DNA of 64,000 nucleotides from an uncultured Actinomycetota bacterium (GCA_963743915.1 CAVURN010000002.1:704001-768000); one strand, 5' to 3'. Shown: positions 1 to 9,642, counted from the first letter of the stretch. Program-made: numbers and translations. The notes: generated by a model from the sequence alone, not told the origin.

Positions 1-1064
1 ATCCCGTCGCCAGGTAGCTGAGCACCAGCCGCATCCAGGATGGTCTGCGTGAGGTCGACGTTGGTGGTGACCCGCTGCGATACCCCCGGCGTGAGGTGCC
101 CAGGCCACGAGATCGCCATCGGCACCCTGGCCGAGCGGTCGTACGGGACATCCTTGCCGTAGAAGCGGTGTGAGCCGTTCATGAGCCCGTTGTCGGACAG
201 GTACACGAAGATGGTGTCCTCGCCCGCGAGGGTGTTCACAAGCCGCGCCACCATCTCGTCAATGGCCATCAACGCCTCGTGCTGGTTGGTCAGCAAGTTG
301 CGCTGGGTGGACGCCGAGACCTTGGCCCGCTGCGCCCATGCGGGTTTGTCGGACACATCTGCTTCGTTGAACGCCGGCACTTCCGAGGCGGGAACCAGTG
401 GCCAGGTTCCGTCGTGACGAGGTGCGGGAGTGGCGGGCTGGTGCGGCGCGTATGGCGCGATGTACGCGAACACCGGCTCATCGGACTGCACGAAGTTGAC
501 GGCCAGATTCGCGATCACGTCGGTCGAGTAGTCGGCCGGGCTGCTGCCATACGTGACGGCGGGGCCGATCCCCTTCAGCGTGTAGTCGTAGTACTTCATC
601 TTGGTGAAGGAACGGAACGCATCCCAACCGGGTGGCACGGTACGCCCGCCCCAACCGTTCAGGTACTTGCCGAACAGTCCCGTCCGGTACCCCATCGCGT
701 TCAGGGCCGTGGCCAGCGTCTGGGTCTCATAGGGGCGGAATGCGGTCCAGCCACCGAAGACGCCAGAGACGTTCGTGTAGACGCCCGTCGTGTGCGCCAG
801 CTTCCCCGACAGCAGTGCAGCGCGCGACGGACAGCAGAGTGACGTGGGGATGATGCCATTCCTGAACTCGACACCCTGGTCGAACAGCAGCCGTTGGGTC
901 TGCGGCATCGCGTCCATCGTGCCTTGAGGTTGGTCGTCAGAGATGATGACCACCACGTTCGGTGGGGTGGCTTCCACCCCCTGAGCGCTGGAGGGTGCGA
1001 CCTGTGGTGACGCGAGAGCAGCAGCTGCGACGGCAGCGATACCGATGAGAACGCGTGTCTTCAT
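1..1064 (-). CDS. Secreted sulfatase (N-acetylglucosamine-6-sulfatase-like), runs off the window's left edge
   Basis: Manual translation: MKTRVLIGIAAVAAAALASPQVAPSSAQG (signal peptide), PNVVVIISDD, then SLCCPSRAALLSGK (CxPxR formylglycine motif) and LSDNG. Absent from the ORF track because there is no stop codon in the window. Confidence 0.9.
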   Translation of the reverse strand, partial: MKTRVLIGIAAVAAAALASPQVAPSSAQGVEATPPNVVVIISDDQPQGTMDAMPQTQRLLFDQGVEFRNGIIPTSLCCPSRAALLSGKLAHTTGVYTNVSGVFGGWTAFRPYETQTLATALNAMGYRTGLFGKYLNGWGGRTVPPGWDAFRSFTKMKYYDYTLKGIGPAVTYGSSPADYSTDVIANLAVNFVQSDEPVFAYIAPYAPHQPATPAPRHDGTWPLVPASEVPAFNEADVSDKPAWAQRAKVSASTQRNLLTNQHEALMAIDEMVARLVNTLAGEDTIFVYLSDNGLMNGSHRFYGKDVPYDRSARVPMAISWPGHLTPGVSQRVTTNVDLTQTILDAAGAQLPGDG

Positions 1065-1388
1065 GTACTTCCCCCGCAATCACCCATGCGCAGAAGCCAT
1101 GAAAGTCGTCTTCCGCGGCAACGTTCCCCGAACTTGAGCGTCACGGTACCGCTGTTCGCGCCCGGTGGGTCAGAAATCATCAGCCCAATGACTCAGGGCG
1201 CCCAACTCCAGGTCGATCATCGTCGCCCGTCAGGTCATGGGCACTCGTCGAGAAGAGCAGCGTCGAGGTCGATGCGCGGTCGGCCAGGGGCCCCACGAGG
1301 AGGCCACCGCTCGGGCATCTGTGGCCGAGGAAGTGTCAAGGTATCCCAAACGTGCGCCGCCTACGCTCTTCAAGCACTCGGACCCTGA

Positions 1389-1610
1389 CTACCACGGGGG
1401 CCCCAATGTGACAGAGGATCGAACCGCGGGGTAACGCAGGCATCCGCCGAGCTGGTCGTCGACGAGTGACTGTGCCTCCTCGGTGATCGTGTAGCCCGCT
1501 GCCTCTGCGCCGCAGAACGGGACGGACCAGTCGACGGCGTGTGGGATTAGGTAGAGCCAGGCGAGGCGTCCGGGGCTGATGGGATCGATGCGCCACGTCT
1601 GCCTCGTCAT
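1389..1610 (-). CDS. Hypothetical protein (73 aa)
   Basis: ORF with a TACGGT -10-like hexamer 6 nt before the ATG (leaderless layout); no family recognised. Confidence 0.4.
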   Translation of the reverse strand: MTRQTWRIDPISPGRLAWLYLIPHAVDWSVPFCGAEAAGYTITEEAQSLVDDQLGGCLRYPAVRSSVTLGPPW

Positions 1611-1655
1611 GGATGGACCGTAGGGCAGTTCAAGGACAGAGTTGCTGCCCGTACG

Positions 1656-1907
1656 TTAGGTCGTTTCGAGCTGCATCGTCTCGAGAGCCTGTCGTATTGC
1701 TGGGGGTATGTGGACGCCCCCATCGAACTCTGGCGCCTCCATCGGGCTGATCGGTCCCCGCTTGAGCAGAGTCACGACATCGGACGGCAGATTGCGTTCG
1801 TCGAGATGATCCATCAGGAGCTGTCGCTCCTGCGCGGTCAACGATCGCAGCCAGTCCTCCGCAACGGGGAGGCTGGCGGCTAGCTCTTTGTCACGGCTGA
1901 TCGTCAT
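1656..1907 (-). CDS. Hypothetical protein (83 aa)
   Basis: GGGAGG RBS 6-7 nt upstream of the ATG at 1907; globular, helical-looking composition (MTISRDKELAASLPVAEDWLRSL...). Confidence 0.6.
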   Translation of the reverse strand: MTISRDKELAASLPVAEDWLRSLTAQERQLLMDHLDERNLPSDVVTLLKRGPISPMEAPEFDGGVHIPPAIRQALETMQLETT

Positions 1908-2250
1908 GTCGTACCTCCCGAGTGCGTCACCATCCGGGGCCCACAATCTGCGCAGAATTCTGAGCGAGACGCGGCCGTTTCCGCAAGCCGCTCCCGCCAG
2001 GAAACCGCTCAGTGATGACGGTGCCCGACCCCGGCCGTGTGGCCGCCCCCGTGCGGGCGGTGGTGGTGCTCATGAGTCGCTCGGGGTCAGTTGAATGTGG
2101 GTTCAGGTTGAGCGCGCGCCCCCCGGCCACGACGGGGTGCGATGACGCGGCACGTGCTCGGAGCCTCAGCCCAGCCGTCTCGAGGGGGTGAAGCGGGCCT
2201 CGGGGGCTCGGCACCCACGTTGGAGATCACAGGAGGCGCGACTAAGGCCG

Positions 2251-2565
2251 TTAGTCCCGAGCTGTAGCTGATTTGCTCTCTTCGCTTCCTTGCTCGTAGA
2301 GCCACTTGGTCAGCAGCACGACCAAGATCACGCCGTAGGTGTCAGCGACGAGTGAGACGTTGTACTCCCACGACCACCAGATCCAGAAGTCGAGCGGCCA
2401 CCCTGCGGCGAGGTCGCCATGAGTTTGCGACTCGCTGATCCAGACGCGGTGACCCGCCCAGACGGCGTGGATTGTTTGCAAGGTCAGGATCACCGCGAGC
2501 GCGATGGAGAGGCCGTGGCGGTAGAACCAGTTGTGGTCTTTGCGACCAGGAGGGAAGAGCGGCAT
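2251..2565 (-). CDS. Small membrane protein, DUF6766-like
   Basis: N-terminal GLSI followed by a TM helix, Trp-rich middle, C-terminal LYEQGSEESK resembling the family's QxGSxESK tail; GAGAGG RBS. Confidence 0.7.
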   Translation of the reverse strand: MPLFPPGRKDHNWFYRHGLSIALAVILTLQTIHAVWAGHRVWISESQTHGDLAAGWPLDFWIWWSWEYNVSLVADTYGVILVVLLTKWLYEQGSEESKSATARD

Positions 2566-2710
2566 GTCTCTGGCCTCTCAGTGCGCGTGAACTTTCTGCT
2601 TGGGTAAGCGGCCCTGACCGCGATGGAGGTAACGACCAGGACCGCCCCGCGAGGCGGGGTTAGGGGAAACCACTGATGCCTCGCGGTACCGCGCCCCCTG
2701 AGGAAGCGTT

Positions 2711-2735
2711 CTACCCGCAGGGACGTCGACCAAAC
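2711..2735 (-). promoter_or_regulatory. SigB/SigF-type promoter candidate
   Basis: Minus strand GTTT-N15-GGGTAG upstream of the DUF6766-like gene. Confidence 0.45.
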
Positions 2736-3079
2736 ATGGAGGAGAACCGGCCGTGACGGGGGATGCACGGGCGAGGCAGCTCAACTCAACAAACGCCAGG
2801 GCGATGCCTGGCTGCTCCGTGGCGGTTTGCGAGTGGCGTGACTCACACGCACTCGGAATCCGAACTTCTACGTCGCGGTCGCAGTGCTCCGAAGGCACGC
2901 CAGGTATGCGCGGTTGCTGTAGGGGGCGCGCCACCGGTCGTCCATAGCCGCCCCACGAGTCCATCGGCACGCTGGCCCGAATTGTCGTGATGACCGTTTC
3001 AACGTGCCCGCCGTCGACGTGCTCGACGCACCAGCCCAGGCCTTGGGCTATATCTGTGTCAAGCACTGCTATTGGCCTT

Positions 3080-3103
3080 CCGTTGCCATTGTTGAGGCAA
3101 CGG
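3080..3103. terminator. Hairpin downstream of tRNA-Asn
   Basis: CCGTTGCC-N8-GGCAACGG inverted repeat about 30 nt 3' of the tRNA CCA end. Confidence 0.5.
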
Positions 3104-3135
3104 GCCTTCGCTCAGGGCTCTGACTGCGGCTTTTG

Positions 3136-3212
3136 TGGCTCCCGCGACTGGACTCGAACCAGTAACCTGCCGGTTAACAGCCGGACGCTCTGCCGAATTG
3201 AGCTACGCGGGA
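3136..3212 (-). tRNA. tRNA-Asn(GTT), CCA encoded
   Basis: Reverse complement TCCCGCGTAGCTCAATTCGGCAGAGCGTCCGGCT-GTT-AACCGGCAGGTTACTGGTTCGAGTCCAGTCGCGGGAGCCA folds as a cloverleaf. Confidence 0.97.
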
Positions 3213-3269
3213 TGGTGCCGTGCGGCTCGGAGAGAATATCAGCCGGTCAGCGGCCGGCCCGAACCCGAC

Positions 3270-3767
3270 TCAGGCTTCCCCCACCTCGGCCCGCACCTCT
3301 GCCAGGGCGATCGCCGCCTCCCCTTGGGCGGTGGCATCCCCCGCCAGCGCCGCGTCCAGCTCGGACCGCCACAGCACCTCGCCGTTCTCCTGCCTTCGCC
3401 CCACGATTCGGACGCCGGCGTCACCCCGCAGCGGTACGAAGCGGTTGACCAGGACGCTCGCCGTGACACGGTCGCGCACCACCACAGGCAGCTCGCGCCC
3501 CTCCCCGACCGGGATCCGGAGGGTCGCCGACCCCAGCTCCGGAGTGAGCACCACGGTGAGCGTTCCCGAGTCGTAGGACGCCCGCTCCACCTGCTCCCAG
3601 GCAAGCCTCGCGTATTCGGGGGGTGTCCGCTGCAGGTGCAGAGCGGTCTCGGACGCGACGACGACGCGTCCGGAGCCGTCGTCGACCCAAGCCAGGATCT
3701 TCTCCCTGGGACGCAGTTCGAGTTGTCCCTTCACGGCAGGATCGAGCGGGGTCCTCCGCCACTTCAT
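3270..3767 (-). CDS. Conserved actinobacterial hypothetical protein downstream of dnaG
   Basis: 165 aa ORF with GC3-biased codons; co-oriented 12 nt after the dnaG stop. Confidence 0.8.
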   Translation of the reverse strand: MKWRRTPLDPAVKGQLELRPREKILAWVDDGSGRVVVASETALHLQRTPPEYARLAWEQVERASYDSGTLTVVLTPELGSATLRIPVGEGRELPVVVRDRVTASVLVNRFVPLRGDAGVRIVGRRQENGEVLWRSELDAALAGDATAQGEAAIALAEVRAEVGEA

Positions 3768-3779
3768 CTGATGCGCCGC

Positions 3780-5660
3780 TCAGTCCCCACCGAACGACTC
3801 CTCGCGAATCTGACGACGTTGCGCCTCGAGCTTCACGAGCTCCGCGAACACCTCGCCGTGCGCCTGTGGGTCCTCGGACTCCAGGCGTTGCATCCGCGAG
3901 CGCAGCTCGTCGATCTTCAGAGACAACACCCGCTCACGTGCGCGTCCGAGCTGTTCGCGCGCGTACCGGTCCAGAGCCGACTCCGCCACCTGGATCGGTT
4001 CCACCGCGAGCTCGTTGAGGATCGACCGCACCGAGTCGTCAGGAGCGGCGTCGGTGAGACGATGCATCCATGCGTCGTCGGCGGTCGCGACTCCCCCGGC
4101 CGTGGCGATGGTCGTGCGTACCTGCACGTAGGCGGGGTGACTGAACATCCCCGCTGGCAGCTCGTCGAACGACGCGTCCAGGCGTTCCGGGTACTGCACC
4201 GCGAGCTTCAGCAGTTCCCTGGGGCCGGCGAGGCCACGTTCGTGCGGGTCCGGACGCGGCACGGCCTGAACCTGACCCGCCTCGACAGGTGGCGCGGGGG
4301 TCGTGGCGCCGGACGCCGTCTGCCGCTGCTTCTGAGCACGGTGCGCCTGTCCCACCGCGTCGATGACGGGTTTGACCTCCATGCCCAGCCACCCGGCCAG
4401 TGAGCGCGCGTACTCGGGGCGCAGCGAGTGGTCGCGGATCTGTGCCACCACCGGGGCGGCAGCGCGCAGCGCAGCGACGCGTCCGGCGGGCTGGTTGAGG
4501 TCGTGCCCGGACAGCACGCTGCGGATCGCGAACTCGAAGAGCGGAACCGGGTTGTCCACGAGGTTCTTGACTGCCTCGTCCCCATGCTGCTGACGGAGCT
4601 CGCACGGGTCGAGGCCGTACGGCTCGACGGCGACAAACGTCTGAGCGACGAACCGCTGGTCGTCCTCGAACGCGCGCATCGCGGCCTTCTGCCCCGCGGC
4701 GTCGCCGTCGAAGGTGAACACGACCTGACCGCCGAAGGTGTCGTTGTCCATCAGCAGCCGGCGCAGCACCTTGATGTGGTCGGAGCCGAACGCCGTGCCG
4801 CAGGTCGCGACCGCCGTCTCCACGCCGGCCAGGTGACACGCCATCACGTCGGTGTACCCCTCGACGATCACGGCTCGCCGCTGCTGCGAGATCGCCCGCT
4901 TGGCGAGGTCGATGCCGTACAGGACCTGGCTCTTGCGGTAGATCGGCGTCTCTGGGGTGTTGAGGTACTTCGGTCCCTGGTCCTCGTCCAGCAGCTTGCG
5001 CGCCCCGAAGCCGATCACGTCACCGCTGATGTCGCGGATCGGCCAGACCAGGCGACCCCGGAAGCGGTCGATCAGGCCCCGCTGTCCTTCCTTCGACAGG
5101 CCACCGACGGTGAGCTCGCGGTCGGTGAACCCCTTCGTCCGCAAGTGGCGGGTGAGGGCGTCCCACGAGTTGGGGGCGAAGCCCACACCGAAGTGCGCGG
5201 CTGCTGCGGCGTCGAACCCGCGCTCGTCGAGAAAGCGTCGCCCGACGACCGCCTCGGGGCCACTCAGCTGCTCGGCGTAGAACGCGGCGGCCGCGCGGTG
5301 TGCCTCGAGCAGCCGCGTGCGCTCCCCCTGCGGACGCCGCGGGCCACCGCCGGTCTCCTCGTAGTGCAGCTCGACGCCGAACCGCGCCGCCAGCTTCTCG
5401 ACCGCCTCCTGGAACGTGAGGTGCTCGATGCGCTCGAGGAAGTCGATCACGTCGCCGCCGACCTGACAGCCGAAGCAGTGGTACAGCCCCTTGGCGGGCG
5501 TGACGTGGAAGCTCGGGCTGCGCTCCTCGTGGAAGGGACAGAGCCCCTTCAGGCTGCCGCCTCCGGCAGGCCGCAGGGTGACGTGGTCGCCGACCACCTC
5601 GGCGATCCCGGCCATGTCGCGCACCCGTGCGACGTCGTCGTTACGGATGCGCCCGGCCAT
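3780..5660 (-). CDS. dnaG: DNA primase
   Basis: CPFH...CFGC zinc finger, KYLNTPET, VEGYTDV TOPRIM, FDGDAAG. Confidence 0.98.
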   Translation of the reverse strand: MAGRIRNDDVARVRDMAGIAEVVGDHVTLRPAGGGSLKGLCPFHEERSPSFHVTPAKGLYHCFGCQVGGDVIDFLERIEHLTFQEAVEKLAARFGVELHYEETGGGPRRPQGERTRLLEAHRAAAAFYAEQLSGPEAVVGRRFLDERGFDAAAAAHFGVGFAPNSWDALTRHLRTKGFTDRELTVGGLSKEGQRGLIDRFRGRLVWPIRDISGDVIGFGARKLLDEDQGPKYLNTPETPIYRKSQVLYGIDLAKRAISQQRRAVIVEGYTDVMACHLAGVETAVATCGTAFGSDHIKVLRRLLMDNDTFGGQVVFTFDGDAAGQKAAMRAFEDDQRFVAQTFVAVEPYGLDPCELRQQHGDEAVKNLVDNPVPLFEFAIRSVLSGHDLNQPAGRVAALRAAAPVVAQIRDHSLRPEYARSLAGWLGMEVKPVIDAVGQAHRAQKQRQTASGATTPAPPVEAGQVQAVPRPDPHERGLAGPRELLKLAVQYPERLDASFDELPAGMFSHPAYVQVRTTIATAGGVATADDAWMHRLTDAAPDDSVRSILNELAVEPIQVAESALDRYAREQLGRARERVLSLKIDELRSRMQRLESEDPQAHGEVFAELVKLEAQRRQIREESFGGD

Positions 5661-5701
5661 GCGGCGAGTCTAGGTGGCGACGCCGGACCGGTGAGCAGGC
5701 C

Positions 5702-6768
5702 ATGATGGACCCTGTGGATCTCATGATCATCGACGCCGCCGGCAGCCCCCGCGAGCGGGGCCGTGCCCACGGCGAGCAGGCACGCGACCTCATCGCCACC
5801 GGGCTGGAGCAGTGGCGGGCCGAGCTGGCGGCGTCCGGCAGGGACGCCGACGAGCTGTGGAAGGGCCTCTCCCGCGTCTCGGGCTTCCGGGACGCGGCCG
5901 CGCGCTGGGCGCCGGACCTGCTGGAGGAGGTCGAGGGCATCGCCGAGGGTTCGGGCGCCGACCCCGACGCCGTTTTCGCGACCAACTGCCTCGACGAGGC
6001 CTGGTGGTGGCATGAGAAGGGTCCGGGCTGCAGCGCCGTGGCCCTCGCCGACCTCGACGGTCGCCCGGTGATCGGCCAGAACATGGACCTCGACACCTGG
6101 ATGGACGGCACGCAGGTGGCGCTGCGACTGGCTCCCGATGACGGGCCGGAGCAGGTGCTGCTCAGCCGCGCCGGCGTCCTCGGCCTGTGCGGTGCCAACG
6201 ACGCAGGCGTAGGGCTCGTCGTCAACGCGCTCGACCAGCTGCCGGTGGCGATGGACGGGCTGCCCGTCGCATTCGTGCTGCGGCTGCTGGTCGGCCAGAC
6301 CTCGCTCGATGACGTGGAGCCGCTGCTGCGCGAGATCCGCCATGCCTCGGGCCAGGCCTACACGCTGGCGTCCGCGAACGGGGTCGTCGGGTTTCGAGGC
6401 GGGGGGTGACTACGTCGCTTCCTACAGCCAACGACGCCGAGCGACCCGGTGCGCGATGGCACACGAACCACCCACTGGCGACCGACGCGCCCCGCGAGCA
6501 CGTCGGTGACCCACACGACTGGGCGACCGGGTCGTCCAAGCCACGGCTCGACCGCGTCGACGGAGCGGTCAAGGAGATCAGCTCGGCTGACGACCTGGCC
6601 GAGCTGCTGTCGGACTCTGACGCGGGCATCTGCATGTACCCGGGTCGCTGGCGCGACGACGGCTTCACCTTCGGGTCCCTGGTCGTCGAGATCGACGCTC
6701 CCCCACGCGTGCGCATGACGGCCGGCCCTCCGGACCGCTCTCCGTGGGTGGAGGTGCCGTTCCGCTGA
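5702..6768 (+). CDS. Peptidase C45 / acyl-CoA:6-APA acyltransferase-like Ntn hydrolase (two apparent +1 indels near 6393 and 6428)
   Basis: RGRAHGEQ, EEVEGIAEG, GCSAV cleavage site/nucleophile, GQNMD, and HTNH in the downstream frame. Removing two bases gives a continuous ...VVGFEAGGDYVASYSNDAERPGARWHTNH. Confidence 0.85.
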
Positions 6769-6792
6769 CGCCACCGTCGGGCGAGGGTGCTG

Positions 6793-7629
6793 CTACAGCT
6801 CCTCGTTCGTCAGCGGATCGCCGCCCCAGAGTCGACCGTCGGGGCGACCCAGCGCCGTGATCGCGGCCATCTCTGCCTCGGTGAGCACGAAGTCGAAGAT
6901 GCCCGCGTTCTCCCGCTGGCGGTCGGGATGCGTCGCCTTGGGGATGGGGATGGCGCCCAGCTGGAGGTGCCACCGCAGCACCACCTGCGCCGGCGTCTTT
7001 CCGTGGCTTCGAGCCGGCTCGATGACGGCCGGGTGGCCGAACGCCTGGGCCTCGCCAAGAGGGGTCCAGCTCTCGGTCACGATGCCGAGATCTGCGTGCA
7101 CCTTGCGCAGCTCCTGCTGTGGGAAGTGGGGGTGCAGCTCGACCTGGTTCACCGCGGGAACGACGCCTGTCGCGTCGATGACGTCGTGCAGGTGCTGCTC
7201 GGTGAAGTTCGACACGCCGATCGACCGCACGCGCCCCTGGCGTTGCAGCTCCACCATGGCCCGCCACGTGGGCACGTATCCACCTCGACGCGGGTTCGGC
7301 CAGTGAATGAGGTAGAGGTCTACCCGCCCCAGCCGTTCCAGCGAGCCCTCGAACGAGCGCATGGTCTCTTCGTAGCCGTGATCGCGTCCCGGCACCTTGG
7401 TGGTCACGACGAGCGAGTCGACGAGACCGGCAGCATCCGCGACGGCGCGTCCGACCTCGTCCTCGTTGCGGTAGTTCACCGCTGAGTCGATCAGGCGGTA
7501 GCCGGCATCCAGGGCACTGGCGACCGACCGGGTCGCCTGGGGACCTCGCAGGTCCCACGTGCCGAAGCCCAGAGCGGGCAGTGTCGTTCCGTCGTTGAGG
7601 GCGAGATCGGGGAAGGTGGCGTCAGGCAC
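6793..7629 (-). CDS. Aldo/keto reductase (2,5-diketo-D-gluconate reductase-like)
   Basis: GFGTW, IDSAVNY, DLYLIHWP, IGVSNF, NQVELHP, IPK motifs. Confidence 0.95.
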   Translation of the reverse strand: MPDATFPDLALNDGTTLPALGFGTWDLRGPQATRSVASALDAGYRLIDSAVNYRNEDEVGRAVADAAGLVDSLVVTTKVPGRDHGYEETMRSFEGSLERLGRVDLYLIHWPNPRRGGYVPTWRAMVELQRQGRVRSIGVSNFTEQHLHDVIDATGVVPAVNQVELHPHFPQQELRKVHADLGIVTESWTPLGEAQAFGHPAVIEPARSHGKTPAQVVLRWHLQLGAIPIPKATHPDRQRENAGIFDFVLTEAEMAAITALGRPDGRLWGGDPLTNEEL

Positions 7630-7703
7630 GGGGCGACCCTAGCGCCGGCACATGCGCGACAGGCTGTGGGACCGGCCACGTCCCCGGTCCCACAGCCACG
7701 AAG

Positions 7704-7853
7704 TCAGCTTGCGACACTGCTCTCGATGTTCCTCGCCGCTTCCTCAGGTGAGATCCCCGCCGCGTTTGCAGCGGCTTCCACCTGGGAGAGGGTGATGTGG
7801 GCACTGTCCCCGTGCTGCTCGTTGGGCTCTCCACATCCACATGACGCGCACAT
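7704..7853 (-). CDS. 49-aa Cys/His microprotein MCASCGCGEPNEQHGDSAHITLSQVEAAANAAGISPEEAARNIESSVAS
   Basis: Strong GAAGGAGG RBS before the ATG at 7853; CxxCxC N-terminus. Confidence 0.8.
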   Translation of the reverse strand: MCASCGCGEPNEQHGDSAHITLSQVEAAANAAGISPEEAARNIESSVAS

Positions 7854-7891
7854 ACGGCCCTCCTTCGCTCGGCTGTTCGGGCAACCCCGTG

Positions 7892-7917
7892 CTACCCGGG
7901 ACCGCGGCGGCGAAACC
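7892..7917 (-). promoter_or_regulatory. SigB/SigF-type promoter candidate for the microprotein
   Basis: Minus strand GGTTT-N15-GGGTAG about 40 nt upstream of the ATG. Confidence 0.55.
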
Positions 7918-7935
7918 ACCCCGGTGAACCACCTG

Positions 7936-8385
7936 CTAGTCGAGCCTGAGCAGGGCCACGTAGTGCGGGATGCTTTCAGCGACGAGGAACTCCTCGCCCA
8001 CGGTCGTGAAACCGTGACGCAGGTAGAACGGCAACGCCACCGTCCGGGCGTTGCACCACAGCAGGTGGACGTCCCGCGCCGTCAGCTCGGACTTCACGCG
8101 CTCCATCACCTTGGCGCCGATGCCGCGACCCTGATGCCCCTCGGCGACTGCCATGCCCCGCAGCCGCCACGCGTCCGGCTCCCCCTCGTAGGGCTCGGGG
8201 AACACGGTCGCGCAACCGACGACCTGGTCGCCCACAACCGCGGCGAGGTGGAGAGTCTCGGGAAGTTGGTCGTAGGGGTAGATCGACTCCGGAGCCGGAC
8301 GCCCTGCCCGCAGCACCCTCATGCGCAGCGGACGCACCTCGGCTGCCGAGGCGAGCCGCACCTCGACTTCCTGAGCTTCCGTCAT
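7936..8385 (-). CDS. GNAT family N-acetyltransferase
   Basis: WRLRGMAV...HQGRGIG acetyl-CoA motif and WCNAR..FY; the ATG overlaps the dgt stop (TGATG). Confidence 0.92.
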   Translation of the reverse strand: MTEAQEVEVRLASAAEVRPLRMRVLRAGRPAPESIYPYDQLPETLHLAAVVGDQVVGCATVFPEPYEGEPDAWRLRGMAVAEGHQGRGIGAKVMERVKSELTARDVHLLWCNARTVALPFYLRHGFTTVGEEFLVAESIPHYVALLRLD

Positions 8386-9617
8386 CAGGTGTTCAGCCGC
8401 CCGTACAGGTTGAGCGCCGCGGTGTCGGTCAGCGACGCCACCTGGTCGATCACCACCCGGAGCCGTCCCGCGTCCTCCGCTGCGGCCTCGAACCATTGGG
8501 CGAACATCGGCTCGAGGGTCTGGGGCGCGCCCAGCAGCACGCGGTGGGTGAGCTCGGTGACCAGCTCGCGTTGCTGTGCGTACCGTTCTGGCGCTCCCCT
8601 GCGCAGCATCACGTACTGCGCAGTGATCGCCTTGAGGACCGCACACTCGGCGCGCACCTCCGCGGGCACGACGAGGTCTGCCTCGTAGCGACGGTGCGGG
8701 CCGGCCCCGTAGGCGTCCTGTGTGGCCGTCTCCGCGGCCAGGCAGAACCGACCGATCAGCTGACTGGTGGTGCGCTTCAGCGCCGCCATCGCTCGGTGTG
8801 ACTCGTCGTACTGATGCGGCCAGTACGGCAGCGCGAGGAGCCGATCGAGTGCCGCCTCCAGCTGGGACCAGTCGAACGACGGTGCGTAGCGCTCCTGCGT
8901 GAGGTCGAGCAGAGCCTTGCGCTCGACCCGGTCGTGCAAGGCGTCGAGAGTGAGGTGACCGGCGTGGATGGCGTCCTCGAAGTCGTGCACCGAGTAGGCG
9001 ATGTCGTCGGCCCAGTCCATCACCTGTGCCTCGAAGCAGCGTCGGTCGTCCGGCGCACCCTCGCGCAGCCAGTCGAAGACGGCGAGGTCGTCGGCGTAGA
9101 CGCCGTACTTGCGTCGATCCGCCGAGCGTTGCCACGGGTACTTGGTAGCGGCGTCGAGGGCGGCACGCGTGAGGTTGAGTCCACCACTGCGGCCGTCGGC
9201 ATCCAGGACCTTGGTCTCGAGCCGGGTCAGGATCCGCAGACTCTGTGCGTTGCCCTCGAATCCCCCGCATGCCTGGGCGACCTCATCGAGCGCCTGCTCG
9301 CCGTTGTGTCCGAACGGGGGGTGACCGAGGTCGTGGGCCAGCCCGGCGGTCTCGACCAGGTCGGGATCGCACCCCAGCGCCTGGCCGAGCTCGCGTCCGA
9401 TCTGAGCGACTTCCAGTGAGTGTGTGAGCCGGGTGCGGGGAAAGTCGCTCTCCCACGGGACGACGACCTGCGTCTTCGCCGCCAACCGGCGGAGCGACCA
9501 CGAGTGGAGGACGCGCGCACGGTCACGGGCGAAGGCATGGCGACGGCTGCTCTTCTCACCCTCGGGGACACGTCGCTGCAGCGCGTGCGCGTCGTACCCC
9601 ACCACCTCTTCGCTCAC
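8385..9617 (-). CDS. dgt: Deoxyguanosinetriphosphate triphosphohydrolase
   Basis: [24 protein letters not shown] (HD motif), [16 protein letters not shown]. Confidence 0.97.
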   Translation of the reverse strand: MSEEVVGYDAHALQRRVPEGEKSSRRHAFARDRARVLHSWSLRRLAAKTQVVVPWESDFPRTRLTHSLEVAQIGRELGQALGCDPDLVETAGLAHDLGHPPFGHNGEQALDEVAQACGGFEGNAQSLRILTRLETKVLDADGRSGGLNLTRAALDAATKYPWQRSADRRKYGVYADDLAVFDWLREGAPDDRRCFEAQVMDWADDIAYSVHDFEDAIHAGHLTLDALHDRVERKALLDLTQERYAPSFDWSQLEAALDRLLALPYWPHQYDESHRAMAALKRTTSQLIGRFCLAAETATQDAYGAGPHRRYEADLVVPAEVRAECAVLKAITAQYVMLRRGAPERYAQQRELVTELTHRVLLGAPQTLEPMFAQWFEAAAEDAGRLRVVIDQVASLTDTAALNLYGRLNT

Positions 9618-9642
9618 CCCGCGAGGCTACGCGACGCGTCCG

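Noticed and set aside
2578-3066. Integrase remnant next to tRNA-Asn
   Set aside because: I recognised no tyrosine or serine recombinase motif in the ORFs there, and the ORFs look spurious.
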